64,000 bases of DNA from assembly GCA_038231435.1 (NCBI GenBank), contig JBBRLJ010000022.1:30575-94574 (forward strand). Direction: 5' to 3'. Every line of letters starts with the position of its first letter. Within the stretch, counting starts at the first letter, position 1. The translations under genes and the position numbers were made by a program. This DNA is from Planctomycetota bacterium (GTDB lineage Bacteria > Planctomycetota > UBA11346). The notes under the pieces were generated by a model that ran no database searches, had not been told where the DNA came from, and was given only the letters and a program-made list of their open reading frames with translations. Shown piece by piece: positions 36,513 through 46,218 of this stretch.

Positions 36513-36841
36513 ACATCCGGCAATCCCGCGGCCACGGCGGCGGGAGTCCGGATGGTTCCATACGCAGCGTCTGCATCAGGAGATGTGGCTGGAAACCCAA
36601 TGGGAAAAGACCCGTAACAAATGCCCCCGCGGTGCCGATACCGGTAGCCGAGGAGCGTCGTTTGGCCGTCCACCGTCGATCCATCCAGAATCCTTCCGCC
36701 GGGCCACGCTTGCGTGGCGGCCGGGGCAAGGCCAGGCTCGTGGCCAGGTCCGGGGTTCGGGAGCGGGGTCCGCGTGAGGCATGCCATCCAGGGTCCGTGC
36801 CTGCTTCGCGGTCAACACCCGGGCATCCTACGGACACACGC

Positions 36842-37495
36842 GTGAGCGGGCCGCTCGACCACGCCTCAGACGCCTCAGACGCCTCAGACGCCGATGACGC
36901 TGCTGACGCGTCCGGACTCGGGCCGAGCCAGGCGGCGGCCGAGGCCTTCACCCGCCACTGGATCCGCTGCCAACCCAACATCGCCGCCTACATCCGCTCG
37001 CTGGTCCCGCAGATGCACGATGCCGAGGATCTGCTGCAGAACGTCGCGGTGGTGATGCTGCGCAAGTTCGCCCAGTACGATCCTGAACGCCCGTTCCTGC
37101 ATTGGGCGCTGGGCATCGCGCGCAACGAGGCGCTCGGCCACCGGCGCTCGCACGCGACGCAGCGCCTGGTGCGGAATGCCGATCTCGCCGAGGTGCTGGC
37201 CGACGCCTGCGAGGAGGTCGCTCCCGAGATGGACGAGCGCCTGGGCGCACTGTCGCGCTGCCAGGAGAACCTGCAGCCGCGCGCGCGCGAGGTGCTGCGC
37301 CTGCGCTACCAGGATGCGCTGTCGCCGCCGGACATCGCCACGCGCATGAAGATGTCGCATGGCGCGGTCCGCGTCGCCTTGACGCGCGCGCGCGCGGCGC
37401 TGATGGCGTGCATCGAGCGCGGGCGCGCCGCCATCGGGCTCGATACCTTGGATCCGTCCGTCGATGATCCCTTTGACGACGGGAGCAGAGCATGA
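36842..37495 (+). CDS. ECF sigma-70 factor, Rhodopirellula/Verrucomicrobium-type
   Basis: DAEDLLQNV, FLHWALGIARNE, LRLRY, LTRARAALMACIE; start uncertain. Confidence 0.9.
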   Translation: MSGPLDHASDASDASDADDAADASGLGPSQAAAEAFTRHWIRCQPNIAAYIRSLVPQMHDAEDLLQNVAVVMLRKFAQYDPERPFLHWALGIARNEALGHRRSHATQRLVRNADLAEVLADACEEVAPEMDERLGALSRCQENLQPRAREVLRLRYQDALSPPDIATRMKMSHGAVRVALTRARAALMACIERGRAAIGLDTLDPSVDDPFDDGSRA

Positions 37496-39744
37496 ACCTC
37501 CCCGCGTTCGTCGAAGCCTACCTCGATGGCGAAGCGGATGATGCGCAGCTCGACGAGCTGGCCGCGTGGCTGCGCGAGGATCGCGAACATCCACGCGTCT
37601 TCATGCGCGTCCTGCGCCTGCACCACGCGCTGCGCGAGGGGCACCTCGGTGCCGTCGCGACGGATGTCGTTGGCGCCATGGACGGTACGGGCGTCACGGA
37701 AGAAGCCGTGAGAGTGGAGACCGCCAGGGTGGCTCGGAGACCGGCCATGCGGCTTCTGCCACGCCGGCGCCAACCCCAACGACGCGAGCGCGGGTATTCG
37801 CGATCCTTCGCCGTGATCGCCGCCGCGGCGTGCCTGATGCTGGGCATCCTCGGCTATCTCGCCCTGCCATTCCACGGTGACCGGGTGAACGATCTCGGCC
37901 CGGTCATCGCCGAGATCACGGCGCATGCCGCAGACGACGCCATCGTCTGGCGGCGTCCAGCGGCGGAGCCGGTGGACGCCGCCGCGGACGTCCACGCCAA
38001 CGAGCGCACACCGTCGGCCGCGGATGATTGGAAGTCCGAGCGCATGAGCGGTCCGGCCTCGGCCGATGCCCGCCTGCGCGCCGGGGACGTGGTGGAGAAC
38101 CGCAGCGACACGGTGGTCACCGTATCGTTCGTGGGCGAGGCGACGCGCGTATCCCTGCGTCCGCGCGCGTGCGTCGAGTTCGATACCGGCAAGCCCGGCA
38201 AGCTCGTGGTGCTCCACGCCGGAGCCTTCGACGCCGTAGCGGCCAAGCAGCCGGCCGGCGAACCGATGGCCTGCATCGGCCGCTTCGCCACCGCGACCAT
38301 CATCGGCACGACCTTCTCCCTGATCGATGCCGGCAGCACCACTCGGCTCGAGGTGGCCGAGGGCCACGTGCGCTTCACCCCGACGGTCGAGCCGGCCAAG
38401 GAGCCCATCGACATCGAGGTCGCCGCCGGTGAGTTCGCCATGGCCGGCCCGACCGGCAAGGACCTCGTCCGGCCCCGGTCGGATCCGACCTCGGATCTGA
38501 CGAAGGCGCTGGTGTCGAGCGGACCCGCCATCGTCGACCCCACCGTGGAAACGGGCCAGCCGCCCGCGGGAACCGGGAACATCTGGGCGCCATACTGGTC
38601 GCGTTGGAAGCATGCCCTGCCCGCGGATCCTGCGTTCTTCCCCATCGCGGTCTGGCTGCAGGCTCCAGAAATGGCACGCGATTACCACGACGTGGGTGTG
38701 AACCTCTACCTCGGATTGGCGAACGGACCCACCGAATCGCAGCTGTCGATGCTGGCAGCCGCGAGCATGCGGGTGATCTGCCCGCAGAACGCCGTCGGCC
38801 TCGCGCATCGCGACGACCCGCAGATCGTCGGCTGGATGTACGAACGTACTCCGGACAACGCGCAGGATGCGCCCGCGGGAGACTATGGATCGTCGATCGA
38901 GCCCGACCTGGTGGCAGAGGCGTGCCGCGCGATCCGCACCGCTGATCCGACTCGGCCGATCTACATGAACTTCGGCCCCGGCGCCGCGTATACCCCGTGG
39001 CGAGGTCGAGGGCACAGCACTGGCCACACCGACATGTATCCCGGCTACATCCGCGGTGCCGACATCTTCTCCTTCAACCTCTATCCGCTGAGCGCCCTCG
39101 CGGACGACATGCGCGAGGTCCGCGGCAACCTCTGGTACGTGCCAGCGGGAGTCGACCACCTGCGCGACTGGATGCGCCAAGCGGATGCCAAGACCGTGAA
39201 GCCCGCGTGGCCGTTGATCGAATGCACGCGCATCAGTTCCGAGGCAGAGCAGCCGACCCGCGCGCAGGTGCGTTCCGAGGTGTGGATGTCGCTGATCCAC
39301 GGTGCGTCAGGCATCTGCTGGTTCTGCCATACCTTCGGACCCGGTCGCGACGACTCCGCTGCCGCCGCGCACGACCCGACGGTCAAGGCCACCATCGACG
39401 CCATCGATCGCGAGATCCTCGACCTGGCTCCGGCCCTCAACGCCAGGACCGTGGTCGATTATGCCCGCGTGGTCGGCTCGGACGCCGCCGTGCCGATCGA
39501 CGCGATGGCCAAGCGCGTCGGCGATGCCACCTATCTCTTCACCGCGGCGATGCGCGGGAAGGCGTCGTCGGCCACCATAACCGTGCTGGGTGCCCCATCC
39601 GGACCGGCTCGGGTCGAGGTCCTGGGTGAACAGCGCACCATCGACGCCCCCCAAGGTTCTTTCCACGACTCCTTCGCCCCATACGGTGTCCACCTCTACC
39701 GCATCGTATCCGCCGCTCCGGCGAAGGTTTCCCCGGCCCCGTGA
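37492..39744 (+). CDS. FecR-like anti-sigma factor fused to a glycoside-hydrolase-like TIM-barrel domain
   Basis: N-terminal YLDG...LAAWL anti-sigma motif, TM, ATIIGTTF...LEVAEGHV FecR motif, then FFPIAVWLQ...WMSLIHGASGICWF. Confidence 0.75.
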   Translation: MNLPAFVEAYLDGEADDAQLDELAAWLREDREHPRVFMRVLRLHHALREGHLGAVATDVVGAMDGTGVTEEAVRVETARVARRPAMRLLPRRRQPQRRERGYSRSFAVIAAAACLMLGILGYLALPFHGDRVNDLGPVIAEITAHAADDAIVWRRPAAEPVDAAADVHANERTPSAADDWKSERMSGPASADARLRAGDVVENRSDTVVTVSFVGEATRVSLRPRACVEFDTGKPGKLVVLHAGAFDAVAAKQPAGEPMACIGRFATATIIGTTFSLIDAGSTTRLEVAEGHVRFTPTVEPAKEPIDIEVAAGEFAMAGPTGKDLVRPRSDPTSDLTKALVSSGPAIVDPTVETGQPPAGTGNIWAPYWSRWKHALPADPAFFPIAVWLQAPEMARDYHDVGVNLYLGLANGPTESQLSMLAAASMRVICPQNAVGLAHRDDPQIVGWMYERTPDNAQDAPAGDYGSSIEPDLVAEACRAIRTADPTRPIYMNFGPGAAYTPWRGRGHSTGHTDMYPGYIRGADIFSFNLYPLSALADDMREVRGNLWYVPAGVDHLRDWMRQADAKTVKPAWPLIECTRISSEAEQPTRAQVRSEVWMSLIHGASGICWFCHTFGPGRDDSAAAAHDPTVKATIDAIDREILDLAPALNARTVVDYARVVGSDAAVPIDAMAKRVGDATYLFTAAMRGKASSATITVLGAPSGPARVEVLGEQRTIDAPQGSFHDSFAPYGVHLYRIVSAAPAKVSPAP

Positions 39745-39797
39745 CAGGACCGAGCGCCTCGCCGCTTCCCTGACGGATACGCATCCCGAGGGGCACC

Positions 39798-42398
39798 GTG
39801 GGCTCAGTGGTCACCGTGGACGATGTCGAGCGTGCGCCTCCGCTGAGCCGAACGCGTTCGGAACCGCGTCTGGGCCTGGTACCGCTGCGCGTGGCCGTGG
39901 CCTGCATGCTGTCGCTGCTCGCGCTGGTCGCGTGGTGGACATGGCGTTCGACGCGCGAGGCCAGGCCGGATGGCCGCGAGACCATCGTCTTCTGGGGCAG
40001 TTCGCAGCTCGGCGAGGACGCCTACACCATCGTCAACCGCTTCGAGCGCGAGAATCCCGGGTACAAGGTCGAGATGGGCACCGCGGTGGCGCGCGATCTC
40101 ACTGGCGATGCCCAGCGCCTGCTCACCGCTATCACCGGCGGGGTGCCGCCTGACCTGGTGTGGTTCGACCGCTTCGCGGTGGGCGAGTGGGCGTCGAAGC
40201 ACGCGCTCGAGGACCTGACGCCCTACATCGAAGGCCAGGCCCCGGCAGATTCGCACCGCATCGATCTGGCTGAATATTATGACTGGGCAGTCGACGAGGG
40301 CAGTTACCGCACGCCGGGTTCGAGCGAGCCGAAGCGCATGTATGGCATGCCGGTCAGCGCCGACATCCGCGTGCTCTACACCAACCTCGACCTGCTCGCC
40401 AACGAGGGCCTGGTCGATCCGGTCACCAGGCAGCCGAAGCCGCCGGCCACCTGGGAGGAACTGCGCGATTACGCCAAGCGCCTCAGCCGCTTCAAGACTC
40501 CGGGGGATCCATCGAGCGGCCTCACGCGCCTAGGCTTCGCGCCGAATTACGGCAACAGCTGGTTGTACATATTCGCCTTCCAGGCGGGCGGCGAGTTCCT
40601 GAGTCCCGACCGCACGCGCGTCACGCTCGATGCACCGCCGGTGGTGCGCGCACTGCGGTTCATGACCGACATCTACGACGATCTGGGTGGCGTCGCCCAG
40701 GCCGATGCCTTCCAGCAGGGCTTCCAGAGCGGGCCGCTCGATCCGTTCTTCCGCGGCCAGGTGGCGATGAAGATCGACGGCAACTGGTGCCTCGATGGTT
40801 TCGCCGCGTATGCGCCGGACATGCACTTCGCCCTGACCCCGGCGCCGATGCCGGCGGACGAGCTGGCCAAAGGCCGGGATCCCATCACCTGGGCTGGCGG
40901 CTGGGCGCTGGTCATCCCGTCCACCGCCAAGCACAAGCAGGGCTCGTGGAAGCTGCTGCAGTACCTGCGCAGCTGGGAGACCATCCAATTGCTCGAGCAG
41001 GGCAAGCGCGAGCGCCAGCAGAGCGAGGGCCGTCTCTACCTGCCGGGCGGCCAAGCCAACCGCGTGCACTATGAACGGCTGATCAAGGACGCTGTCGACG
41101 ACAACCCGCGGATGCCGCCGCTGTTCAAGCAGTCCTTCGCCACGCTCAAGGAGCTGATGAAGCACACGCTGATCCGCCCGGTGACGCCAGTGGGGCAGAT
41201 GCTGTGGCGGCAGCACGTCAGCGGCTACGAGGATGCGGTCAACCACGTCTACGCGGCCAAGGCCAAGGCCGAGAACGCCGACGAGATCGCCATGGCGCTC
41301 GCCGCCAACCAGATCCCGGTGCAGCGCCAGCTCGACGCCCTGCTGCAGCCTCTGCCTCCGCACCAAGTGTCGTGGGCACCGTATCTGGCGCTCTACGCGC
41401 TGGCGGTCGCGGCCTGCCTGCTGGCGATCCTGATCCTGCAGCGCCGCCGCCGCCTCAGCCACGGCTACCGCCTGCGCGAGACCGGCGCCGCGCTGCTGTT
41501 CGCCAGCCCGTGGTTCATCGGCTTCGCGGTGCTCACCGGCGGGCCGATCCTGTTCTCGATCGTCTACAGCTTCACCACCTACGACGTGCTTACGCCGGCG
41601 CGCTACGTCGGTCTCGCCAACTACCGCGAGCTGTTCGCGGACCCGCTCTTCTACAAGAGCCTCGGCAACACCGCCTTCATGATCCTGCGCATCCCGCTGG
41701 TGATGGTGGTGGGATTGGCGATCGCGCTGCTCTTGAACCAGGGCATCAAGGGCATCGGCCTCTACCGCACGGCCTTCTACATGCCGGTGGTGATGCCCGC
41801 GGTGGCCGCGAGCCTGCTGTGGATGTGGATCTTCAGTCCGAGCCAGGGTTTCCTCAACCAAGCCCTGTCCTGGATGTTCGACAGCGCGCCCGGACATGCG
41901 TTCGAGTGGGTGGTGTCGCTGTTCACCGCCAAGCCCTTCCATCTCGACGCGCCGCTGTGGCTGAAGGACCAGAACTGGAGCAAGCCGGCGCTGATCATCA
42001 TGAACGTGTGGACCGCCGGCGGCAGCATGATCATCTGGCTCGCCGGCCTGCAGGGCATCCCGCAGCAACTCTACGAGGCGGCCTCTATCGATGGCGCCAA
42101 TGCCTGGAAGCGGTTCCGGCACATCACCATCCCGATGCTCAGTCCCTACATCCTCTTCAACCTGATCATGGGGCTGATCGGCACCATGCAGATCTTCGGC
42201 GAAGCCTACATCATGACGAACGGCGGGCCGGCGAATTCGACGCTGTTCTACGCGCTCTACCTGTTCCAGGAATCATTCCAGTTCTTCCGCATGGGTTACG
42301 CCAGCGCGCTGGCATGGATCCTCTTCCTGGTGGTGCTGGTGCTCACGCTCATCCAGCTGTGGATGTCGAAGAGGTGGGTGCACTATGACCAGACCTGA
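39798..42398 (+). CDS. Fused solute-binding protein + carbohydrate ABC permease (MalF-like)
   Basis: SBP motifs (PPDL, LYTNLDL, PATWEEL, AMKIDGNW) followed by TM domain with YEAASIDGA and MGYASALAW. Confidence 0.9.
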   Translation: MGSVVTVDDVERAPPLSRTRSEPRLGLVPLRVAVACMLSLLALVAWWTWRSTREARPDGRETIVFWGSSQLGEDAYTIVNRFERENPGYKVEMGTAVARDLTGDAQRLLTAITGGVPPDLVWFDRFAVGEWASKHALEDLTPYIEGQAPADSHRIDLAEYYDWAVDEGSYRTPGSSEPKRMYGMPVSADIRVLYTNLDLLANEGLVDPVTRQPKPPATWEELRDYAKRLSRFKTPGDPSSGLTRLGFAPNYGNSWLYIFAFQAGGEFLSPDRTRVTLDAPPVVRALRFMTDIYDDLGGVAQADAFQQGFQSGPLDPFFRGQVAMKIDGNWCLDGFAAYAPDMHFALTPAPMPADELAKGRDPITWAGGWALVIPSTAKHKQGSWKLLQYLRSWETIQLLEQGKRERQQSEGRLYLPGGQANRVHYERLIKDAVDDNPRMPPLFKQSFATLKELMKHTLIRPVTPVGQMLWRQHVSGYEDAVNHVYAAKAKAENADEIAMALAANQIPVQRQLDALLQPLPPHQVSWAPYLALYALAVAACLLAILILQRRRRLSHGYRLRETGAALLFASPWFIGFAVLTGGPILFSIVYSFTTYDVLTPARYVGLANYRELFADPLFYKSLGNTAFMILRIPLVMVVGLAIALLLNQGIKGIGLYRTAFYMPVVMPAVAASLLWMWIFSPSQGFLNQALSWMFDSAPGHAFEWVVSLFTAKPFHLDAPLWLKDQNWSKPALIIMNVWTAGGSMIIWLAGLQGIPQQLYEAASIDGANAWKRFRHITIPMLSPYILFNLIMGLIGTMQIFGEAYIMTNGGPANSTLFYALYLFQESFQFFRMGYASALAWILFLVVLVLTLIQLWMSKRWVHYDQT

Positions 42399-44151
42399 TG
42401 CGCTCAACGCCATCGGCGATCGGGCAGTCGCGGAGGAGCTGATGCCGCGCGCGTCGCGCGTCGCGCGCTTCGGCAGGTGGTTCGCCGCCAAGGGCTGGGT
42501 CCACGTGCTGGTGATGACCCTCGCCGCGGCGTTCCTCTATCCCTTCGCGTGGATGCTGTTCACCAGCATGAAGACCGATGAGGAGCTGACCTCGCCGCGC
42601 CTGCTGCCGGAGATCCCGCATTTCGTGCCGGCATCGCCCTACGTGCGCGAGGCTCCGTCGCTCGCGCGCCCAGAGGGGGCGTCGGAGGACGGGTGGAAAA
42701 CCCTCGCCGAGTCGATCCGGCGCGAGACCGAAGCCGCGGTGCTCGCCGCCATTCCCGCCGGCGTCGCCGTCGATCCCGCGGCCTGGGCGCACGCCGCCGC
42801 CGCGGTGGTCGCGGTGCGCGAGACCGCGCGCATGCCCAAGCAGGCGTGGCAGGGTTCGGCCGATGAGGCCATGGCCCAGTATCGCGCGCTGGTGACGCCC
42901 GTGGCGATCACGGACGCGCTCGCCGATCGCCTCGCGGCGCTCGAGATCCAGACGCTGCAGCTGCGCACCCTCGACGCGCGCATCTTTCCGCTGGTAGGCG
43001 GTGCCGACATCGCCACCAAGATCACCGTCGAATCCGGGTCTGCGACGCTGGTGCCCACCGCCGACGGCACGCGCATCGACTACCGTTTCGCGTCGGGCAG
43101 CGATGCACCGGTGGTGTTGGCGTATCGCTTCACCCTTCCCGACGGAGTGCAGCCAGGGGATCTGCATAAACTCATCGTCTCACTCAAGCCCGACGACAGC
43201 TGGCACCGCGTCGCGGCTACGCTCGATCTCGATCGTGGCCGATGGGTAAGCGATCGCTCAACGTCGCTCGCGCAGAACCGTGCGACCAGTATCGTCTTTC
43301 AGCCTCCGAGCTTCGACGATGACACCTACAAAGCCCGAACCTGGGTGCGGCTCTCACTCGAGCGACCACTCGCGAGCAACGAAATGTTCGAAAACGACAT
43401 TACTCCAGAGCACGATAGATCGGTATTACTGCGCCTGACCATCTCCCCCAGCTCGACCGTGCGCGCGATGTGGGGCAAGGCGACGCGCAACTACCAGCGC
43501 GCCTTCGACTCGGTGCCGTTCTGGACCTACGTCGGCAACAGCCTGCTGCTGGTCGCGCTGACCACCATGGGAGCGCTGTTCTCCAGCGCCTTCGTCGCCT
43601 ACGCCTTCGCGCGCCTGCGCTGGCCGGGTCGCGGCGTCGCGCTGATCGTGCTGCTCTCGACCATGATGCTACCCGGGCAGGTGACGATGATCCCGTCGTT
43701 CCTGATCTGGCGCGAGCTCGGTTGGTACAACACGCTGAATCCGCTGTGGGTCGGCGCGTGGTTCGGCAACGCCTTCTTCATCTTCCTGATGATCCAGCAC
43801 ATGCGCACCATCCCCAAGGAGCTCGAGGAGGCCGCGCGCATCGACGGGCTGAAGGTGGTGCAGACCTGGTGGTACATCATCGTGCCCCAGGTCCGGCCGA
43901 TCCTGGCCGCGATCGCGATCATGAGCTTCCTGGGCGCCTGGAACGAGTTCATGGGCCCGCTGATCTACCTGCGCGACCAGTCGAAGTTCCCGCTCAGCCT
44001 CGGACTGTTCGGCGTGAACCTGGAATCCGGCAGCGACTTCTCGATGGTCATGGCCGGCGACATGCTGATGACCCTGCCCGCGATCATCGTGTTCTTCTGC
44101 TTCCAGCGCTACTTCATCCAGGGCATGACGGTCAGCGGGATGAAGGGCTGA
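42385..44151 (+). CDS. Carbohydrate ABC permease (MalG-like) with a large extracytoplasmic insertion
   Basis: WMLFTSMK, about 300-aa insert, AYAFARL, LEEAARIDG, FQRYFIQG. Confidence 0.9.
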   Translation: MTRPDALNAIGDRAVAEELMPRASRVARFGRWFAAKGWVHVLVMTLAAAFLYPFAWMLFTSMKTDEELTSPRLLPEIPHFVPASPYVREAPSLARPEGASEDGWKTLAESIRRETEAAVLAAIPAGVAVDPAAWAHAAAAVVAVRETARMPKQAWQGSADEAMAQYRALVTPVAITDALADRLAALEIQTLQLRTLDARIFPLVGGADIATKITVESGSATLVPTADGTRIDYRFASGSDAPVVLAYRFTLPDGVQPGDLHKLIVSLKPDDSWHRVAATLDLDRGRWVSDRSTSLAQNRATSIVFQPPSFDDDTYKARTWVRLSLERPLASNEMFENDITPEHDRSVLLRLTISPSSTVRAMWGKATRNYQRAFDSVPFWTYVGNSLLLVALTTMGALFSSAFVAYAFARLRWPGRGVALIVLLSTMMLPGQVTMIPSFLIWRELGWYNTLNPLWVGAWFGNAFFIFLMIQHMRTIPKELEEAARIDGLKVVQTWWYIIVPQVRPILAAIAIMSFLGAWNEFMGPLIYLRDQSKFPLSLGLFGVNLESGSDFSMVMAGDMLMTLPAIIVFFCFQRYFIQGMTVSGMKG

Positions 44152-44156
44152 GGCCA

Positions 44157-44208
44157 CTCGTCGTCCACGCCCGTCGTCTGTCGTCGACGGCAGGACGAGG
44201 GACGGTCC
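44157..44208. repeat. Degenerate heptamer inverted repeat between convergent genes
   Basis: ctcgtcgtccacgcccgtcgtctgtcgtcgacggcaggacgagggacgg. Confidence 0.5.
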
Positions 44209-44209
44209 T

Positions 44210-44662
44210 CTAGTACTTCAGCACCAGCACCACTCCGACGACCAGCAGCCCGGCGCCGAGCAGGCGCGCGAGGCTGACCGGGTGGTCGGCGAAGCCGAAC
44301 CAATTGAAATGGTCGATCACCAGCGAGGCTAGGATCTGGCCGGCGACCACCAGCGCGGTGAGGCTGGTGGCGCCGAGCTTGGCGGCGAGCTGGGCCGAGG
44401 CCGCGACGTAGAAGGCGCCCATCAGGCCCGCGCACCAGGCCCACCACGGCGCACTGGCCAGGCCCTGCATGGTCGGCGCCGGCTGGCGCATGCCGACGAT
44501 CACCGCCAAGAGAGCGGCCAAGCCGACCACGAAGGAGATCACCGCAGCCCACATCGGGCTGCCGGTGAGCAGGCGCATCTGTGCATTCATGCCGATCTGG
44601 CAGGTGAGCATGGCGCCGGAAATGAAGGCGATGGCGATCGAGATCACGAAAGCTGCGTCCAT
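44210..44662 (-). CDS. DMT family transporter (YdcZ/DUF606-like)
   Basis: QIGMNAQ, PWWAW..GLMG, GQILASLVIDHF; GGAGG RBS. Confidence 0.9.
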   Translation of the reverse strand: MDAAFVISIAIAFISGAMLTCQIGMNAQMRLLTGSPMWAAVISFVVGLAALLAVIVGMRQPAPTMQGLASAPWWAWCAGLMGAFYVAASAQLAAKLGATSLTALVVAGQILASLVIDHFNWFGFADHPVSLARLLGAGLLVVGVVLVLKY

Positions 44663-44810
44663 GGGACCTCCGGGATCCGACGGTGCGCGTTGCGTACGCT
44701 TCCACAAGGGGCGCCGGCACATGGGGCGAGGGGGGGTGGGGTCAGCCGCGCCGTGTGCGCCCTTGCGCTGATCGCGCTACGCGTGGGGGCTCGCGGCCTA
44801 GGATGCGCAG

Positions 44811-46190
44811 GTGCTCCAGCCGACACCCACATCGGAACCCGTTTCCGCCAGCGAGCCGGGCGCGCCGTCCGGATCCTGGCGCCGGCCCGCGTCGGTCCCG
44901 AGCCTGCCCGAGATCCACCGCAGCCTGCCGGTCGCGGTGGGGGCTTCGTGGTGGCGGCGGCTGTTCGCGTTCATGGGCCCGGGCTACCTGATCGCGGTCG
45001 GCTACATGGATCCGGGCAATTGGGCGACCGATCTCGCCGGCGGCTCGCGTTATGGGTACGCGCTGCTGAGCGTGGTGCTGCTCTCGAACCTGATGGCGAT
45101 CTTCCTCCAGGGACTGGCGCTGAAGCTCGGCATCGTCACCGGCCGCGATCTGGCCCAGGCCTGCCGCGACCAGTACTCGACGCCGGTGGCGATGGTGCTG
45201 TGGCTGATGTGCGAGGCGGCGATCGTCGCTTGCGATTTGGCCGAGGTGATCGGCACCGCCATCGGACTCAACCTGCTCTTCGGCATCCCCATGGTGTGGG
45301 GCGCATGCGTGACCTCGCTCGACGTGCTGATGGTGCTCTGGCTCCAGCACAAGGGCTTCCGCTACGTCGAGGCGCTGGTCGTGAGCCTGATCCTGGGCAT
45401 CGCCGTGTGCTTCGGCATCGAGCTGGTGTTCGCGCATCCGCTGTGGTCGGACGTGGCGCGGGGCCTGGTGCCGTCACCGCGGATCGTCGCCGACCCGCAG
45501 ATGCTGTTCATCGCGCTGGGGATCCTGGGCGCGACGGTGATGCCCCACAACCTGTACCTGCATTCGTCGATCGTGCAGACGCGGCGCTTCGCCGGCACCC
45601 GATTGGGCAAGCGCGAGGCCATCGGCTTCGCCTTCGCCGACTCCACCATCGCGCTGGCGTTCGCATTCTTCATCAACGCGGCGATCCTGATCGTCGCCGC
45701 CGCGGTCTTCCATCGCAGCGGCCATGTCGAGGTCGCCGGCATCCAGGAGGCCTACCAGCTGTTCTCGCCGCTCCTGGGAACCGCCGCCGCCAGCATGCTG
45801 TTCGCGATCGCGCTGATCGCCGCGGGGCAGAACTCCACGCTGACCGGGACCATGGCCGGCCAGATCGTGATGGAGGGCTTCCTGCGCCTGCGTCTGCCCC
45901 CGGCGCTGCGGCGGATGATCACCCGCCTGGTGGCGATCGTGCCGGCGGTGGCGGTGACGGCCAGGTATGGCGACGCGGGAGTGGCCAAGCTGCTGCTGCT
46001 GAGCCAGGTGGTGCTCAGCCTGCAGCTGCCCTTCGCCGCCATCCCGCTGCTCATGTTCACCAGTAGCCGGGCGAAGATGGGCGAGTTCGTCAACCGCCTG
46101 CAGACACGCATCGCCGGATGGTGCATCTGCGTGCTCATCGCCGGTCTCAACGCCTGGCTGGTGGCCCAGACGCTCATCCACTGGTCGTGA
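44811..46190 (+). CDS. mntH: Nramp divalent metal (Mn2+) transporter
   Basis: YMDPGNW, MPHNLYLHS, GQIVMEGF, SQVVLSLQLPFA. Confidence 0.96.
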   Translation: MLQPTPTSEPVSASEPGAPSGSWRRPASVPSLPEIHRSLPVAVGASWWRRLFAFMGPGYLIAVGYMDPGNWATDLAGGSRYGYALLSVVLLSNLMAIFLQGLALKLGIVTGRDLAQACRDQYSTPVAMVLWLMCEAAIVACDLAEVIGTAIGLNLLFGIPMVWGACVTSLDVLMVLWLQHKGFRYVEALVVSLILGIAVCFGIELVFAHPLWSDVARGLVPSPRIVADPQMLFIALGILGATVMPHNLYLHSSIVQTRRFAGTRLGKREAIGFAFADSTIALAFAFFINAAILIVAAAVFHRSGHVEVAGIQEAYQLFSPLLGTAAASMLFAIALIAAGQNSTLTGTMAGQIVMEGFLRLRLPPALRRMITRLVAIVPAVAVTARYGDAGVAKLLLLSQVVLSLQLPFAAIPLLMFTSSRAKMGEFVNRLQTRIAGWCICVLIAGLNAWLVAQTLIHWS

Positions 46191-46218
46191 CCCGGCAGCC
46201 CGCGGGGCCGACTCGTCC

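Noticed and set aside
36473..36841. N-terminal extension of the ECF sigma ORF or an ftsZ remnant
   Set aside because: Runs through the heptamer repeat, has atypical codon usage and shows no FtsZ similarity.
44663..44810. Mn-sensing yybP-ykoY riboswitch upstream of mntH
   Set aside because: Conserved riboswitch motifs are not recognisable in this short divergent intergenic region.
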